DNA from: the human T2T-CHM13v2.0 reference genome, Homo sapiens
Reading direction: 5' to 3' (one strand)
DNA: 64,000 nucleotides
NCBI RefSeq assembly: GCF_009914755.1
Contig: NC_060944.1
The position numbers were made by a program, and so were the translations under genes. Each line of letters begins with the position of its first letter. Position 1 is the stretch's first letter. Of the stretch, positions 1-14,880 are shown in pieces. Under the pieces are notes generated by a model that was not told the DNA's origin, did not search any database, and was given only the letters and a program-made list of their open reading frames with translations.

Positions 1-507
<507 letters not shown>

Positions 508-840
508 CTATGTAGGCTTCATAAGGTTGGAGAGGGCTTTGGGGAAGTGACCCAGTGCAGGCGCCCTGGGTTAGGAGTCTGAAACGCTCAGGCTCTCATT
601 TCCACTCTCAGCTTACTGGACCTGGGGTCTTGGGCAGGCCACTCTGCTCTTTGAGCCTCAGCTTCCCCCTCTGTGAACAGGGTTGTCCAGATTTGCCTTA
701 CCCAGTTCACAAACATGCCTTGAAGGGTCATTGTCACTGTTTAGCAGTTACAAATCCCAAGAGTGTCTAGACTTTTCTCCTCTCTGAGAGCTGCTGAGTG
801 AGGGTGAATGGGTGTTTTTCAAAGGCTGTCACATTGGTGG

Positions 841-1394
841 TATGCTGGAGGGGCCCCAAGACCACCCTCAGGATTTACGGTTCAGTAGGAAGCCTCACCA
901 GGCCTCAGCATACGGTCATCCTCCTGGCTGTGACTTATGATGAAAAGATAACAACTGAAATCAGCAAAGGAAGAGGCTCATAGGTGAAGGCGGAAACCAG
1001 GCACAAGCTTCCAAGAGTCTCTCCCACTGCATCACACAGGATACCTAATTCCCCCGTCAATGAGTTGTGACCGCACTTGTGAGATGTTGTCCACCAGGGA
1101 AGCTCACTAGAGATTTGGGGCCTGGGATTTTTATTGGAGGCAGATCATGTGGCAACCTCAGCCTGGCAGGTACCAAAATTCCAGACTCCCAGAAGGAGCT
1201 CAGGTGTTCATCACAAACACTATTCTTTGTATAGGTATTTTAGGCACAGAAGCCACTCTTACCAGTTAACGGTGGGTAGGACCCTCATGAAATCTGAGTT
1301 CCCAGACTCTAGCCAAGGGTCAACCTCATAGGGACTTTTTCTTGCCTTCCAAAGGATGGTGGCCGGGTTTGCTGTGTTAACTCTGTTTGGCACA
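841..1394 (-). mobile_element. MER21-family (ERVL-class) solo LTR
   Basis: Matches recalled reverse-complement MER21 consensus (CCCCAAGACCACCC...AAATCAGCAAAGG...CCAAAATTCCAGACTCCCAGAAGG...TGTTAACTCT); flanked by 5-bp direct repeat GGTGG (836-840, 1395-1399). Confidence 0.75.
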
Positions 1395-1403
1395 GGTGGT
1401 GCA

Positions 1404-2190
<787 letters not shown>

Positions 2191-3019
2191 TTAGGAAGAT
2201 AATTTTCAGATATACTCATACATGATGTTAAACAAAATTGAGTCACAGGGTGAAATGGTCCTTTTTTCATTCTCTCTCAGACTTTCTTCTTATTTAGGAG
2301 AAAGTCTCTGTTTGCTTCTAGAGTCCTTAACTCCTTTAAGCCATTTCTAGCACTTGCAAATTTCCATTTTAAACAAAGACAGAGCACGCCTGAGGCTAGG
2401 ATGCTATCTAGCTAGAATTTGATAACATGGATATTGCAGAATGTTTATTTCATGGTTACTTTGTATTTATGGCAAGTATTACATAGCAATGGTACAATGT
2501 TTCCCTTTAAAATAAGATCATTTAAGAAAAAGTCCTAATCCGATTCCTGACCCTGAAGTAAATAACAGCACAATAGTGTAAGGATAAGGCAGTATCAGGA
2601 ACATGGTTCTTGAATGAGAGAAGTGGGGGGAATGATGTGGCTGGAACTCACATTTGGGGTCTGCAAAAAGTGGTAGCAGATTCTCAGAAAGAGTAGACAA
2701 GCTCCCTGAAAGCTGAGGGCTGTGCTGGGGAGCTGGGAACCCCTCAACCCCAGCATGGGAAGATATGGTGGCTGCCCCCTCCACCCCAGCATTGTATCCA
2801 TAGCATGTGGACAAGAGAAACCCCCCAGGGCTGTCCCAACTTGGCTGCAGCTGGAAGGGATGGTGAACATTGTCCAGCCAGCCCTTCTCATTGCAGAGAT
2901 CCCGCTGGGGAGGATCTGGGTTTCAGGACCAGCCTCAGGCCTTGCAGTGAATCTGGGCAAGGTCAGACCATGAGCTGGTGGGTAGGGGTTCTGGATCCTC
3001 CCCTCAAGCTGCACTGAAT

Positions 3020-3672
3020 GGCCCCCTGCTTTGCTTAGGTCAGTGCCTTCTCACTCACTCTCCAAGCTGCAGCCACACTGACTCCTCCCTGTCCCTTCAG
3101 CTTAGCAAACACCCTCCTGCCCTAGGGACTCAGCCCTTGCTCTTCTCCTCCTGCCTGGAAGGTTCTCCCCACCCACCTCCCACCACTGCCTGGCTGCCTG
3201 GCTCCCTCTAGGCACCCGCTCAGGGAAGCCTTCCCTGACAGCCTTGGCCAGGCCACCCTCACTGGTTGGCACATACCACCTTGGTTCACTTTCTTCACAG
3301 CACTTCTCCTCTGCGGCTTGATGTTTAAGATTCACTGAGTGTCCGTTGTCTCCCAGTGGAATGTGAGCTCCCTGAGGGCAGGGACAGAGCAGCTATACAA
3401 TCTGTGGGACCCAGCGCAGGATGAAAATCAGGGTCCTTGTCTAAAAACAGTTAAGAGTTTCCAGACAGCCACAGCAGAGCCTTAAAGCAAGCTCGGGCCC
3501 TCTTGAGGCCCGGCTGCTGTGCTTCTGCACGTCCCTACGGCCTGGCAACTGGCCCAGGCCAGGGACTTTGTCTTGCTGACCACTGTCCCCTGAACATCGG
3601 GGACACAGCCTGATGCATAGTGGGCCCTCAATGAATATTTGTTGACTGAATGAATCAATGAATGAATGAACT
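3020..3672 (+). mobile_element. L2 3'-end fragments interrupted by MER45A
   Basis: GGAAGCCTTCCCTGAC, GAATGTGAGCTCCCTGAGGGCAGGGAC and terminal (TGAA)n typical of the L2 3' end. Confidence 0.65.
3388..3560 (+). mobile_element. MER45A-like hAT-Tip100 DNA transposon
   Basis: GCTATACAATCTGTGGGACCCAGCGCAGGATGAAAAT...AGAGTTTCCAGACAGCCACAGCAGAGCCTTAAA. Confidence 0.65.
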
Positions 3673-4584
3673 GATGGCTTCAGTTGCTACTTCATCTGCA
3701 AACCAGAAACAAAATACATGCATCTAACCATTGATGACTGAGATCAAGTTACCCATTAAGGTTGAAAGAGAGAGTCAGACGCCTAGGAGGGCCCTGCTGG
3801 GCTGGCTGTAAGAGCAGCTCTAAGGGCCTCAGGAGCCTTTGGGGCAAGGCCGTGACCAGTGGGGTTCTGCTGTACCATATCACCCGCGCAGCTTGTGTGC
3901 AGCACAGAGTGAAGGAGGTGCCAGAACAGAAGCAGGACCGGGAGCCAGGAGGCCTCCCCAGTGGTCTAATAAGCACAGTGGTGGCAGAGGAGGATGAGAG
4001 AGATGGGATGCGCTGATCCATGCTGGGAGGATCACGCCCAAATTGCACACATGCAGTGGGGGGAGATTGAAAGACTTCAGTGATGTTTTATGTCTCTAGG
4101 GTGATACCTTGTGGTGTAGGTTCCAATCATCTGGGTCTCAGAATCTGTCCTGGTGTTGTCACATGTGCACATGCTCCATGTTCCAGCCCTTCCCCTAGTC
4201 CTTTGGGACAGAGGAGATGGTTTATGCCGAGAGCACTGCATACCCCCATAAAAGTTAAGTGTATTTATATATAATAGGCAGGCCTAGAGAGCCCGCACTG
4301 GGATAGTTATGAGAAGAAATGTAGCCTTTGGAAGAAGCCTCTTAGAACCACTGACATGGAGCCACGGACTTCTACTGGAGGAAGACTTGCCCTCTCTGGA
4401 ACCCAGCAGGTCACAGTCCAAGCTTGCGGTGGCTCTGAGGGGTGAGAGGAGATGGATATTTCAGATCCAGCTGGGGTCCTCGGTCATTAGTGGCAATGTC
4501 AGGCGGTCCAGAGAGCATCTTCCCACGGCAGAGATAGCTGGTTCTTTTGGAGATTACCAACATGTGAAGTGAGGAGAAAAACAA

Positions 4585-4820
4585 TAATACCAGGAAAGAC
4601 CTTGATGGAATTTTTTATATGCCAGGCACTGTTCCAAGGCATTTACATATACTCATTTGTTTACTTCTGATAGCAACCCTGGGAGGTATGTACTAATATT
4701 ATGGCTGGGAAAACTAAGGCACAGAGAAGCTAATTACTTGCCCAAGGTCATGGGCCAGAAGGCAGCAGAGCCAGAGTTGGAACTGAACATCTGACTCCAA
4801 GTCCTTGCTCTTAACCACCG
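4585..4820 (-). mobile_element. MIR SINE
   Basis: GGAAAACTAAGGCACAGAGAAGCTAATTACTTGCCCAAGGTCA core; many other MIR fragments occur (e.g. ~5000-5130, 7420-7640, 11900-12110, 15000-15180, 20540-20760, 26450-26600, 47220-47420, 56030-56180). Confidence 0.75.
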
Positions 4821-6779
4821 CTCAAGGTCAGGGACCAAGGGCGCCACTGTCTGGTATCCTGATGGCTGTGGCAATATAAAGTTGCTGCAATGGCCAAAAT
4901 GCTTGGAGGCCTTTGCAGGCAGCCTAGACCTTATTTCATCCTTGAGGATGGACACCCAGAACCAGCCTGATGGTGGGATTTGGTGTGAATGATCACATTT
5001 GATTCTCATGCCCACCCTTTACAGCAAGGGCTGTGATTGTCCCCATTTTACAGATGAGGAAACAGGCACAGAGCGGTTATGCACCTTGTCCAAAGCCCCA
5101 CAGCTACTAGGCTACCAAACTAGGCTGGACTCCGGGACTGACCAAAGCTGTTGCAGTTTCTTCACGTCAGCCACTGGGCTTTTCTGTTTTTCTGAAACCT
5201 TTAGGCTGTGGGGCTGTCTTTCTATGGCCTTCAAAGCCAGAGCATCCTTGTTCCTTCACTAGGCATTGAGACCAGAGAGGTTAAACACTCTGCCTGAGGT
5301 CACACAGCTGGTGAGTGGGAAAAGGGGATTCAAAACCAGGCTGGTGCATGTCCAGACTTCATGCTTGCTTTCCTTCCATGCTTCGTTTCTAAGCAGTTTA
5401 GACTGACCATGGTTTTAAATTCTAGGGCATCTTCCTTTTTAAAATGGACTTTCTCATGGGAGGGGGAGCTAGGGACCATCTATAGCCAGCCCAAAACTTG
5501 GACTGGGGAGTCAGAGAGGTCTGGGTTCCATTTCCAGATCTGCCTCTCACCAGCAGCATGGCCACAGCTGGTCATACTCCTCTCTCAGCCCCCGTAAGAT
5601 GACAATAACAGCCCCACCCCAGGATGTCAAGATGAAGGCAGATAGTAACGAGGCTGCTAGAAGAGTTCAGACTCCACAATGTGCCTGCATGTTCCATTAT
5701 CTAAATCAGTAGAACATCTCTGGAAGGAAGTGAGGGAAGGCGAGGAAGAGGGGAGGGAACCATTAACATGGTGGCTATTAATAGGCCCTCATCAATCTTC
5801 AGAACATCCTTCTAAAGTACAAAGAGCACAAAAAGCAAATCTAACCCCTTTGCAGGTGGAGAACTGAGAACCTGAATGTGCAAAGGGAAAGCCTTCCAGA
5901 ACAAACTGTGCTCACTCACATAGATTTCTTTGCTTCTTTGTTCTTAATCATGATCTTTTAAAATTTCTTTCCACCATTAAAAATGTCAGAATTTCAAGAT
6001 GACAAAGTTCAGGACAAACCCTGGGGAGGAGTGGCTCGGCTCACTCTGCCTCCCGCTGTGTCCTCCTGGCTGGGCTCCCCAGGACTGTCTGCCAAGATCC
6101 CCGCATCCTTGAGGCGGTGTGCCCTAGCACAGAACAGTCTCTCCAGGGCTGCCAGCAGCAATCCCCCGCAGATAACACGTTCTCTTCCTGAGTCCTGGGC
6201 TCACAGAACATGTAGCCCTCATAGGCTCAGGGGTTGATTCTGGAGGACTCTGCATCTCTTTGCAGAAATGCAAAATTGAAATGTCAGCCTGGACATCTTC
6301 CCAGGGAAGTCCAGGTCTTTGCAAGGGATGGGATACCTGTTGGACAAATTTCTAGCTAATTGATTTTCTTAAGTCTAGCCTTGCTTCCTAGAAGTTTAAA
6401 ATCGAGTAGGGAGGCATCCTGAGGGGGCATGTGCTGTTTGGTTTTAATATTGCTGACAAATAGTGTCATCCTAAACCCCCAGAGTCCTCTGCCTCCACCC
6501 AGGCTGTTCACCTGGGATCCCTTGGACCTCACTGATGTCCAGCAACTAAAGGGTTAATGCCTAGCCCAGCAGGGGATGCTGCCCAAAGCTGGAGTCACAG
6601 TTTGTTCTGATTTAGTCAATACTGGCCTCTCCCTCATGACACCGATGGTTAAATATTCAGAACATTACTCCAGAGGCAATGTATACAGTCATGAAACAAG
6701 CCACAGTAAAAAATGCTGCGGAATGTCTGTCATAAGGGCTAGAGCAAGTGGCAATGACCCCCCCACCACCCCATCTGAT

Positions 6780-7225
6780 CGGCAGCAAGCTGCTTCTCTG
6801 GAAGATGTCCATCCTCTTCCTCAGGCCACCTCCACGCTGAGCCAGTCCTCTTCCCGTCTCACCTGGATTCTTCCCTTAGCCTCCTCTCTGGCCTCCCTGC
6901 CTCTACCCTCACCCCTGAGCCAATCCATCCTCCATACAGCAGCCAGAAAAACAAGTTTGGTCACACCAACCCTCTGCTTAAAACCACCCCATGGTTTTCT
7001 GTGCTCACGGTCAGGCTAAAGCTCCCAGTTCCCTTTAGAGCAATCTCTGCAATGTGCAGTTATACATTTGTTTGTTTTGTTTATTTTTGGTCTCCATCCC
7101 GGAATGGCAGGCCCAACAAAGACTCTCTAGTGTTTATATCCAGTGTCTAGCGCAGTGTCTGGCACACAGTAGGTGCTCAATAGATGTTTGCTTAGTCAGA
7201 GAAAGAAGAAATGAATGGATGACTG
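6780..7225 (+). mobile_element. L2 3' fragment
   Basis: CAATCCATCCTCCATACAGCAGCCAG...CAGTGTCTGGCACACAGTAGGTGCTCAATAGATGTTTG. Confidence 0.7.
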
Positions 7226-8390
7226 AGCACTCACCGTGAGGTCTGCAAGAGCCCAGAAGGAGCGGGATGTTTCCTCGGCAGGTTATAATTTGCAGAGGCA
7301 GAGAAGAGATTGCCATTCAAGGCAAAGGAACGGTCAGGGCAAAGGCTGGGAGGTGGTGTGTAGGTGGCTTCATCTGCCCTACAGGGCTCTGTCAGCAAGA
7401 AGACAATACAGGGAAGGGACTGAGAGCGTGGGGTTCTGAGTCAAAGGCCCTGGGTTCAAGTCCTGGCTCCACTATTATTAGCTGATGACCTTGGGAATGA
7501 GGTCACCTTTGTTTGACTCAGTTTTCTCATCTTACAAATGAGACGATGATGATCTCTACCTTATAGAACTGTTTTGAGGACTAAATGAGATAACATAAGT
7601 CTGGGTGAAAAAAAAAGGCTCAATAAATGTCAGTGAGTGTGTTTGATTCTGGGAAAGAAATAACACTTGCCAAGTATTTTCTGTGCAGGGCATGTACTGA
7701 GCCGCTCATTTAATCCTTTTAGCAACCCGGTGAGGTTTACTTTCGTATTTCAGTTTGACAGATGAATGTGACATTCTCCCCTGTCATGGGTATCCCAGCA
7801 CCTGGTTTATTGTGGTTGATTCAGTGCGGTGATGTTTAACCCTTGCCTGGGCATTAGAATTACTTGGGGAGTTGCTGTAAAATACCCACACTTCCCACCA
7901 CCGGCCAGCCAAATAAATCAGAATTTTTGGGAAAAGGCCCAGGTATCAGTATTTTTTAAAACTCCCTAGATGATCCTAATAGACCAGCCAAATGGTCTAA
8001 GTTTGGATGTGAAAGACTGTGTGGTTGTCACAGTGAGCCCCAGGACTGGGGCTAGGACTTGAGGATGGGGGCTGTGAGGCACTTCTTACTCTGACTACTG
8101 ACAGCAAAGCCAGACAAGTCACTTCATAGAGGAGACTCGGAAATCTGTTACCACCCAGTGTGGGCATGCCTGGAGTGTGGCTTTCAAGTGCTCAGCAATA
8201 TTGCTTGGTGGAGTCTTCAAATCACAAGCATCCCTCACTTTTATGGGGCTGTCTGCTCCAGGCATCCAATTTGTATTAGCGAAAGCTCCCTCTCCTTCAT
8301 AGGAGGGTGTAACAAAAGGGAACCCAAGACATATAGATATTTTCTCTGTGCTTGTCTGGGGGCTGACTGTTCCCAGATCTTATTGAAAGA

Positions 8391-8697
<307 letters not shown>

Positions 8698-8824
8698 GCT
8701 AGCTTTGGGGCCTGAACCTGACTTCTCCTAAAACTGTTGGTCTGCTATGTTACTTTCAACCCCTTCCTATAGCAATTTGTGAAATAAGTCATTTCTCTAA
8801 TTAAAAAACCAACCAACTAACCAA

Positions 8825-8961
8825 CAGGATGCCTAGTTAAATTAGAAATGTAGCTACACAATGAATAACATTGCATGATACAGTAAAAAAAAAAAAATTA
8901 CTTATTGTGTACCTGAAATTCAAATTTACCTGAGTGTTCTGCAGTTTATCTGGCAACCCTA
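8825..8961. mobile_element. MER53-like hAT MITE fragment
   Basis: CAGGATGCCTAGTTAAATT...CTGAAATTCAAATTTACCTGAGTGTTCTG...CTGGCAACCCTA. Confidence 0.65.
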
Positions 8962-9441
8962 CCTGGGTCTCACTTTCTGGGGCTACTTCAGAGTTAACAG
9001 CATGGACATTAACACCACAGACATCCTCCTTGGAACCCAGCTCTGTCCCTTAAGTGGTAACTGAGCTGCAGGCAAGACATTTAACTTTTGAATGGTAAAT
9101 GCTTCTTTTCCCATAAGCAAATACAGATAATAATAGTACCTGTTTCTTGTGGTTATTGTAACTGTAAAATAGAATCATCTATCTAAAGTACATACTAAGT
9201 GCTCGATAAATGGTAACTGTTATTATATTTACTGTATCAGGAAACAATATCAGCAATGTATTTTTGGTTTATAATGATAAGAATTATAAATTCCTTTTAT
9301 TCTGTCTATAAGAAGAATGTATGTATATTATGGAAAATTAGAAAATGCAGATAGATACGAGAAAGAAAGAAAATCTACTCACATTTTTAACGTTTGCTGA
9401 TTACTCTTCCAGTATTTTTCCTTAAAAATATATCTGTATCT

Positions 9442-9740
<299 letters not shown>

Positions 9741-9833
9741 CTATATCTATATCTATGTATCTATCTATCTCTGTACAGAATAGTTTTGTGCTGTGGGTCC
9801 TGCTTTTTTTTTTTTTCACTTAACATTATATGA

Positions 9834-10324
9834 CATTTGAACTTTGAACAACATGGGTTTGAAGTGCGCGGGTCCACTTATAGAAGGAGTTTTTTCAGTA
9901 CAAGTGACACCCAGCGTGCCTGCCTTGCCTGCTTTCCCTTCCACCTCCTCCCCATCTTCTGCCTCTGCCACCCCCAAGACAGCAAGACCAACCTCTCCCT
10001 TTTCTCCTCCTTGTCAGCCTGTTCGACATGAAAAGAGGATAAAGATCTTTATAGTGATCCACTTCCCTTTGATGAATAGTAAATATATTTTCTCTTCCTC
10101 ATGATTTTCTTAATAACAGTTTCTTTTCTCTAACTTACTTTATTGTAAGAATATAGCATATAACACACACAACATACAAAAATATGTATTACTCGGCTAT
10201 TAGTAAGGTGTTAGTCAGTATTAGGCTATTAGTTAATGTTTTGGGGAAGTCCAGAGTTCTGTGAAAATTTTTGACTGCGTGGGGATCAGTGTCTCTGACT
10301 CCTGCATGGTTCAAGTGTCAACTG
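9834..10324 (+). mobile_element. Tigger2-derived MITE (Tigger2a/2b/MER28-type), full length
   Basis: Degenerate TIRs CATTTGAACTTTGAACAAC ... GGTTCAAGTGTCAACTG; internal GGGTCCACTTATA, GATCCACTTCC, GAATAGTAAATATATTTTCTCTTCC. Confidence 0.85.
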
Positions 10325-11275
10325 AATAAGTATTTCTCTAAGTTGTTAGATATTCTTTGAAAATCTAATTTTCACTGTAGAGATATAGACAAATGTATTT
10401 AGCCAATCTTATGCTGATCATCCAAGTTTTTGTTGCTATTATAAATAGTACTGCAATGAGCTCTTTATCTTTTATTAAACATTGCGCTAGAGCTCAGTCG
10501 GCCCCTCTGAAGCCTGTCTCAAAGCATGGTCTTCTGGTTTGTGTTTCTGGCTGCCTGGCCGCTGCTTTTGCCAGAGTGCCTTGCCAAAACCCAAGACAAA
10601 TGGATTTCAGCCTTGATGGGTAGGCCCAGGGCTGCTCAGAGGCCCATTTTGTCACTCTCTGTCTTTTGGAAGTGGAGCTGGCTCTCTGCTGAAATGTACA
10701 AACACAGAATCCTTTTTGATCAAGGGGAGATCCTTTTCTAGCCTTGGGACTCAGTCCGTTCTGTTCCTGGCTGCATGCGTGCCATCTCCGTTGATTGTCG
10801 TTGTCTTTCTTGTTTCATGGAACTGGAAAAACAAAACCAAACCAAAAACCTTCCAAGGTTCTGAAGTCCTCATATCCTTAAAAATCCATCAGAAAGCCCC
10901 GAAGCTTCCGCTGCTGAGTTTGCCTTTTCCAGCCTTGCCTGATCTCACTTGGGAACATGACTACCCAATAACTCAGTTGCAGCAATGGTGGGAGAACAGA
11001 GCCACCAAATACAAGCAACGTCCTGGAGAGAAGGGCGCTTACAGGCAGAGGCGAGGCACACTGAAGCAATCAGTCCTGCTGTACAGGTTTTCTTAATGTT
11101 TTGACATTTTAAGTTCAGAGAACATAGCTTGGTTTTATAAAATAGTTTCAGTCCAGAGGACAGAGGGCACAAAAGTCTCCAAACAAGTTCTTCTGGGTGG
11201 AAGACACTATGAGTGGCTCTTTACCTGCTTTGCCATCATTTTTGCCCCAGAACCTTATGGAATATATTAAGTCAC

Positions 11276-11535
11276 TGCATGGGTCCACTTATACAAGGAT
11301 ATTTTTCAACACAAGTTACACTCAGTGTGCCTGCCTCACCTGCCTTCCTTCCACCTCCTCTGCCTCTGCCACTGCTCAGACAGCAGGACCAACCCTTCCC
11401 TTTTCTCCTCCTAGTCAGCCTGTTCAACATGAAGAGAGGGTGAAGATCTTTTTAACGATCCACTTCCATTTGATGAATAGTAAATATATTTTCTCTTCCT
11501 TGCAATTTTCTTAAGTTTCTTCCCTAGCTTTTCTT
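11276..11535 (+). mobile_element. Partial Tigger2-derived segment (local copy of ~9870-10140)
   Basis: About 80% identical by eye to 9870-10140 and lacks Tigger TIRs. Confidence 0.85.
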
Positions 11536-11540
11536 CCTGC

Positions 11541-11564
11541 CATTACTTTTGCACCAACCTAATA
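11541..11564. mobile_element. MADE1/Hsmar1 terminal inverted repeat with TA
   Basis: CATTACTTTTGCACCAACCTAATA matches the MADE1 end ATTACTTTTGCACCAACCTAA+TA. Confidence 0.85.
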
Positions 11565-14399
11565 TCCAGTGCAGATTTGAGGCAATGAATTGATTTAATT
11601 GCAGGGCTCATTTGAGCCCCTAGCATGTCTTTGTGTATGCACAATTATTTTTTCTAAACTGGTTGAGTTTAAAAATGTAATAACTTTGCCCAGACCCACA
11701 CAGCCATTTTCTTCCCAGAGAATCAATGTAATTTGCATGTGTTATTCGGCCACAGGACAATAGAGCAGTGCAGCTCTTGTTGATTTTGAAGAGCTGCTGA
11801 TCGCCTTGTTTGAGAAGTCAGGGCCCAGGAAGGCAGCCAGGATGATGCAGGGCTTGTCAATTTCCAGGTGAATTCAGCAGGCAAGTGGGAGCGGCAGGTG
11901 CTGGTCAGCTTGGGTTTCAACCTCATCCTTCATACGTGCCAGCTTTGAGACTTTGGCAAGTTACTTCAGCTTTCTGTGCCTTATTTTCCTCATCTGTAAA
12001 ATGGGATAATAAACGACTCTACCTCATAGAATTCTTTTGACTCATAAATGAATTATTACGCGTTAAGCACTCCAAATACTGCCTAGTTCATTGTTAGTAT
12101 TATTTATTAAGCTCCAAGTGGTATTTGGACTTCTTAAATGAGAATCACCAAAAGCAGGGCTTCTCAAACTTTAATGTGCACATAAAACACCTAGAGATCT
12201 CCTTTAAGTACACATTCCGATTTAATAGGTTGAAGGGCAGGCCTGGGAGTTTGCATTGGCAGGTGCAGCGACTATCGGAGGTGATAGCCAAGATGCTGTT
12301 TGAAGACCATGCTTTGAGGTTCAAGGACTTTGAGAACTTAGGGTAAAATTGCAGATTCCCAGGCCCAAGCCCAGACTGTCGGTTTCAGGACCTCTAAGGG
12401 TTGGTCCCAGGATCCAAGTGTTTAACGAGCCTCCTAGGTGATTCAAACACACTGAAGCTTGACAGGCTAGAATGAGTTAATTTTAGTGTAAGGAAGATGT
12501 GGCTTGTTCATAACCTTTGTGGGAGAGAATGTGTCACTCTGTGTTTAGGACTTAGGTTTCTTCTTCTCTCCTTTCATTTTCCTTCTTCTCTTTCTTCATT
12601 CCTCCCAGGCCAGGCAGCACAGCTCAGTGGTTAGAGCATCTCCTCTGGATTTGCCTCGCGATCTCACCATTAGCAGTGATACCTTTATGGAAGCATGTGC
12701 TATGAGAGGACTGTGAAAGGGAACCCAAGGGTTGATTTGGGAAGCTGGCAGTCATCGGCCAAATCCTGACCATCTTGGGCTGACTGCTGCAGAGGGTGCA
12801 GGTCAGAGTGTATCATCATATATGTTCTGGCCACTGGCTTTGGACAGTAGTATATGTGGGTGTTTGTTCTCCTCTGGATGATAAACAGCTCGACAACAGT
12901 GCCCTTTTTTGCTCTTCTTGGGCCTTCCCCAGCGCAAGACTTGACATCTGAGCTCATCAGTGCTTCCTGAATGAGTGAATAAAAGACGTGCTGCAGCCAC
13001 TGAGTCATGCACCACTGAGCTATTGCAAGCTGAAAGGAACTCAGCGGTTCATAAACACTGGCTTTGACCACCTTAGCTCAATTCAAGTCAGCAAATATTA
13101 GTGATCATGTATCTTGCATCAGGGCCCATACCCGAAGCCACAGAAAGTCCTGGGGGCAGCCAGATCCAATAATTATAATTTCTCTGTAAGTTTTCCTATG
13201 CCTCGCTTATATTTGAAGCATGATTACAATGGAATCCAACTGGCCATTCAATCAGTATTTGTAAAATAAAAACGAAATCAGCTCTACATGCTGTCATTTC
13301 CAAGATGATGTTAATGGAGGTACTCTTGTTTTACCTTCACAACCACATTAGGAGGTAGGTATTCTTATTGTCCACATTTTACTGATGAGCAAACTGAGGC
13401 TCTGAGAAGATAACTCATCTGGCACCTGGCAGTGGGGAACTTGAACCGGGGTCTGGAACTCCGCCTGTTCCATAGGCTGGTGGTAGGGCATAGGAAGCGG
13501 GTCGTGGATGGACTTGGGCAAGAAGAATAGAGGTGCAGTTCCCCTGAGAAAGGGGGAGGGATGCTGGTCATCGGGACACAGCTGAGGTTGCCACGCCACA
13601 TCCCCTCCTCCAGGCATGCACAGCATTGTGGGAGGGGGCTGGCCTGTCACACCCTCAACACTGAGACCCATCAATGAGAAGAATTTCCTGAGTTTATAAA
13701 ACAGCAACAGGTTAGGCAGCATCATGAGTGAATTGATCACCAAGCTGAATCTTGCTTAACTCCTAGCTTTAAAATAATCGGCAGGAAGGAGAACAAAAAG
13801 CCACACGTGTGTTTACACACAGGCACCCCGCCCTGCAGGCCCCAAGGAGAGGTTCAAATCAAGGCAGCCTTTCCTGTGGGCGTGGGTGAGGTGCCCCGCA
13901 CAGGAGCCAGCTTTGCACTTAGTGCAGACTAGACAGCCATGTAGTTTAGCAGGGGCAGCATTGACAGAAACCAGAGAGCTGTAAATGCCACACTGGGGTG
14001 GCTGGGCCACATGTGCTATTAACCAGACAGTCTTGTTCCATGTCTGGAGTCTGAGCACATTTTAGGCCCTGGTGGCTGGGCAGCACCCTGTGGGGACCGT
14101 TAACCACTTAGCTGAGACCCGTTGAGCAGATGCCTCTGAAATCTATGCTGGTTTGAACCCCCCCTGGGGTATTTTGTGCTCTTAGGGACACCATAGTAAT
14201 TGATGTAATATGCCTAAGATGGACTGAAACTGTCTGATATTGGAATAAATTCAGCCTCACTGGTAATAAAAGATAAGTGCATGAAAACAAGATGTCATTT
14301 TACTATAATTTTCCCTGGCCATTTTATTATAATTTTTAGATTGGCCAAGGTTAAGAAAGATGACAGCTCTGTGGGCTAGAGGGTGGAGAGACAAGCCCT

Positions 14400-14880
14400 C
14401 TCCTACACTGGTGAGGGGTGCCAGGATTCTGTAGCAACACCTTTGAGTGAGCATAACCTTGGACTCAAACAATTTTCCTTACAGGCAATAACCTACGAAA
14501 TACTGGGATATACGCACAAAGATCCATGTGCCAGGATATGTGTTGGAGGATTTATATTTGGAGAAAATTAAATGCGCAATGAGAGGTGAGTAGTTAAATA
14601 TATTTTGGTATATCCATAGAATGAAATTCCAGGCAGTCATAAAATGATGCTGGCTTTTATGTTATGGAAGGATGTTCCAGATATATAATTGAGTAGAAAA
14701 TATAGGTTACAAAATAATATGTATAGTATGAGCTCATTTTTGTAAAAAAAAAAAAAAAACCCAAACTGTCTATATCTAGATGTGAAAAATGCATGGAAAT
14801 ATTAACAATAGTTATCTTTGGGTGATGGGGTTATGGATGAATCCTGTGCTTTCTAACATTTGTAAAAGGGAAAGTGATTA
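14400..14880 (+). mobile_element. Old L1M (L1ME/MC-like) 3' fragment
   Basis: GGTATATCCATAGAATGAAATT, TATGTATAGTATGAGCTCATTTTTGTAAAA, AACAATAGTTATCTTTGGGTGATGGG. Confidence 0.6.
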
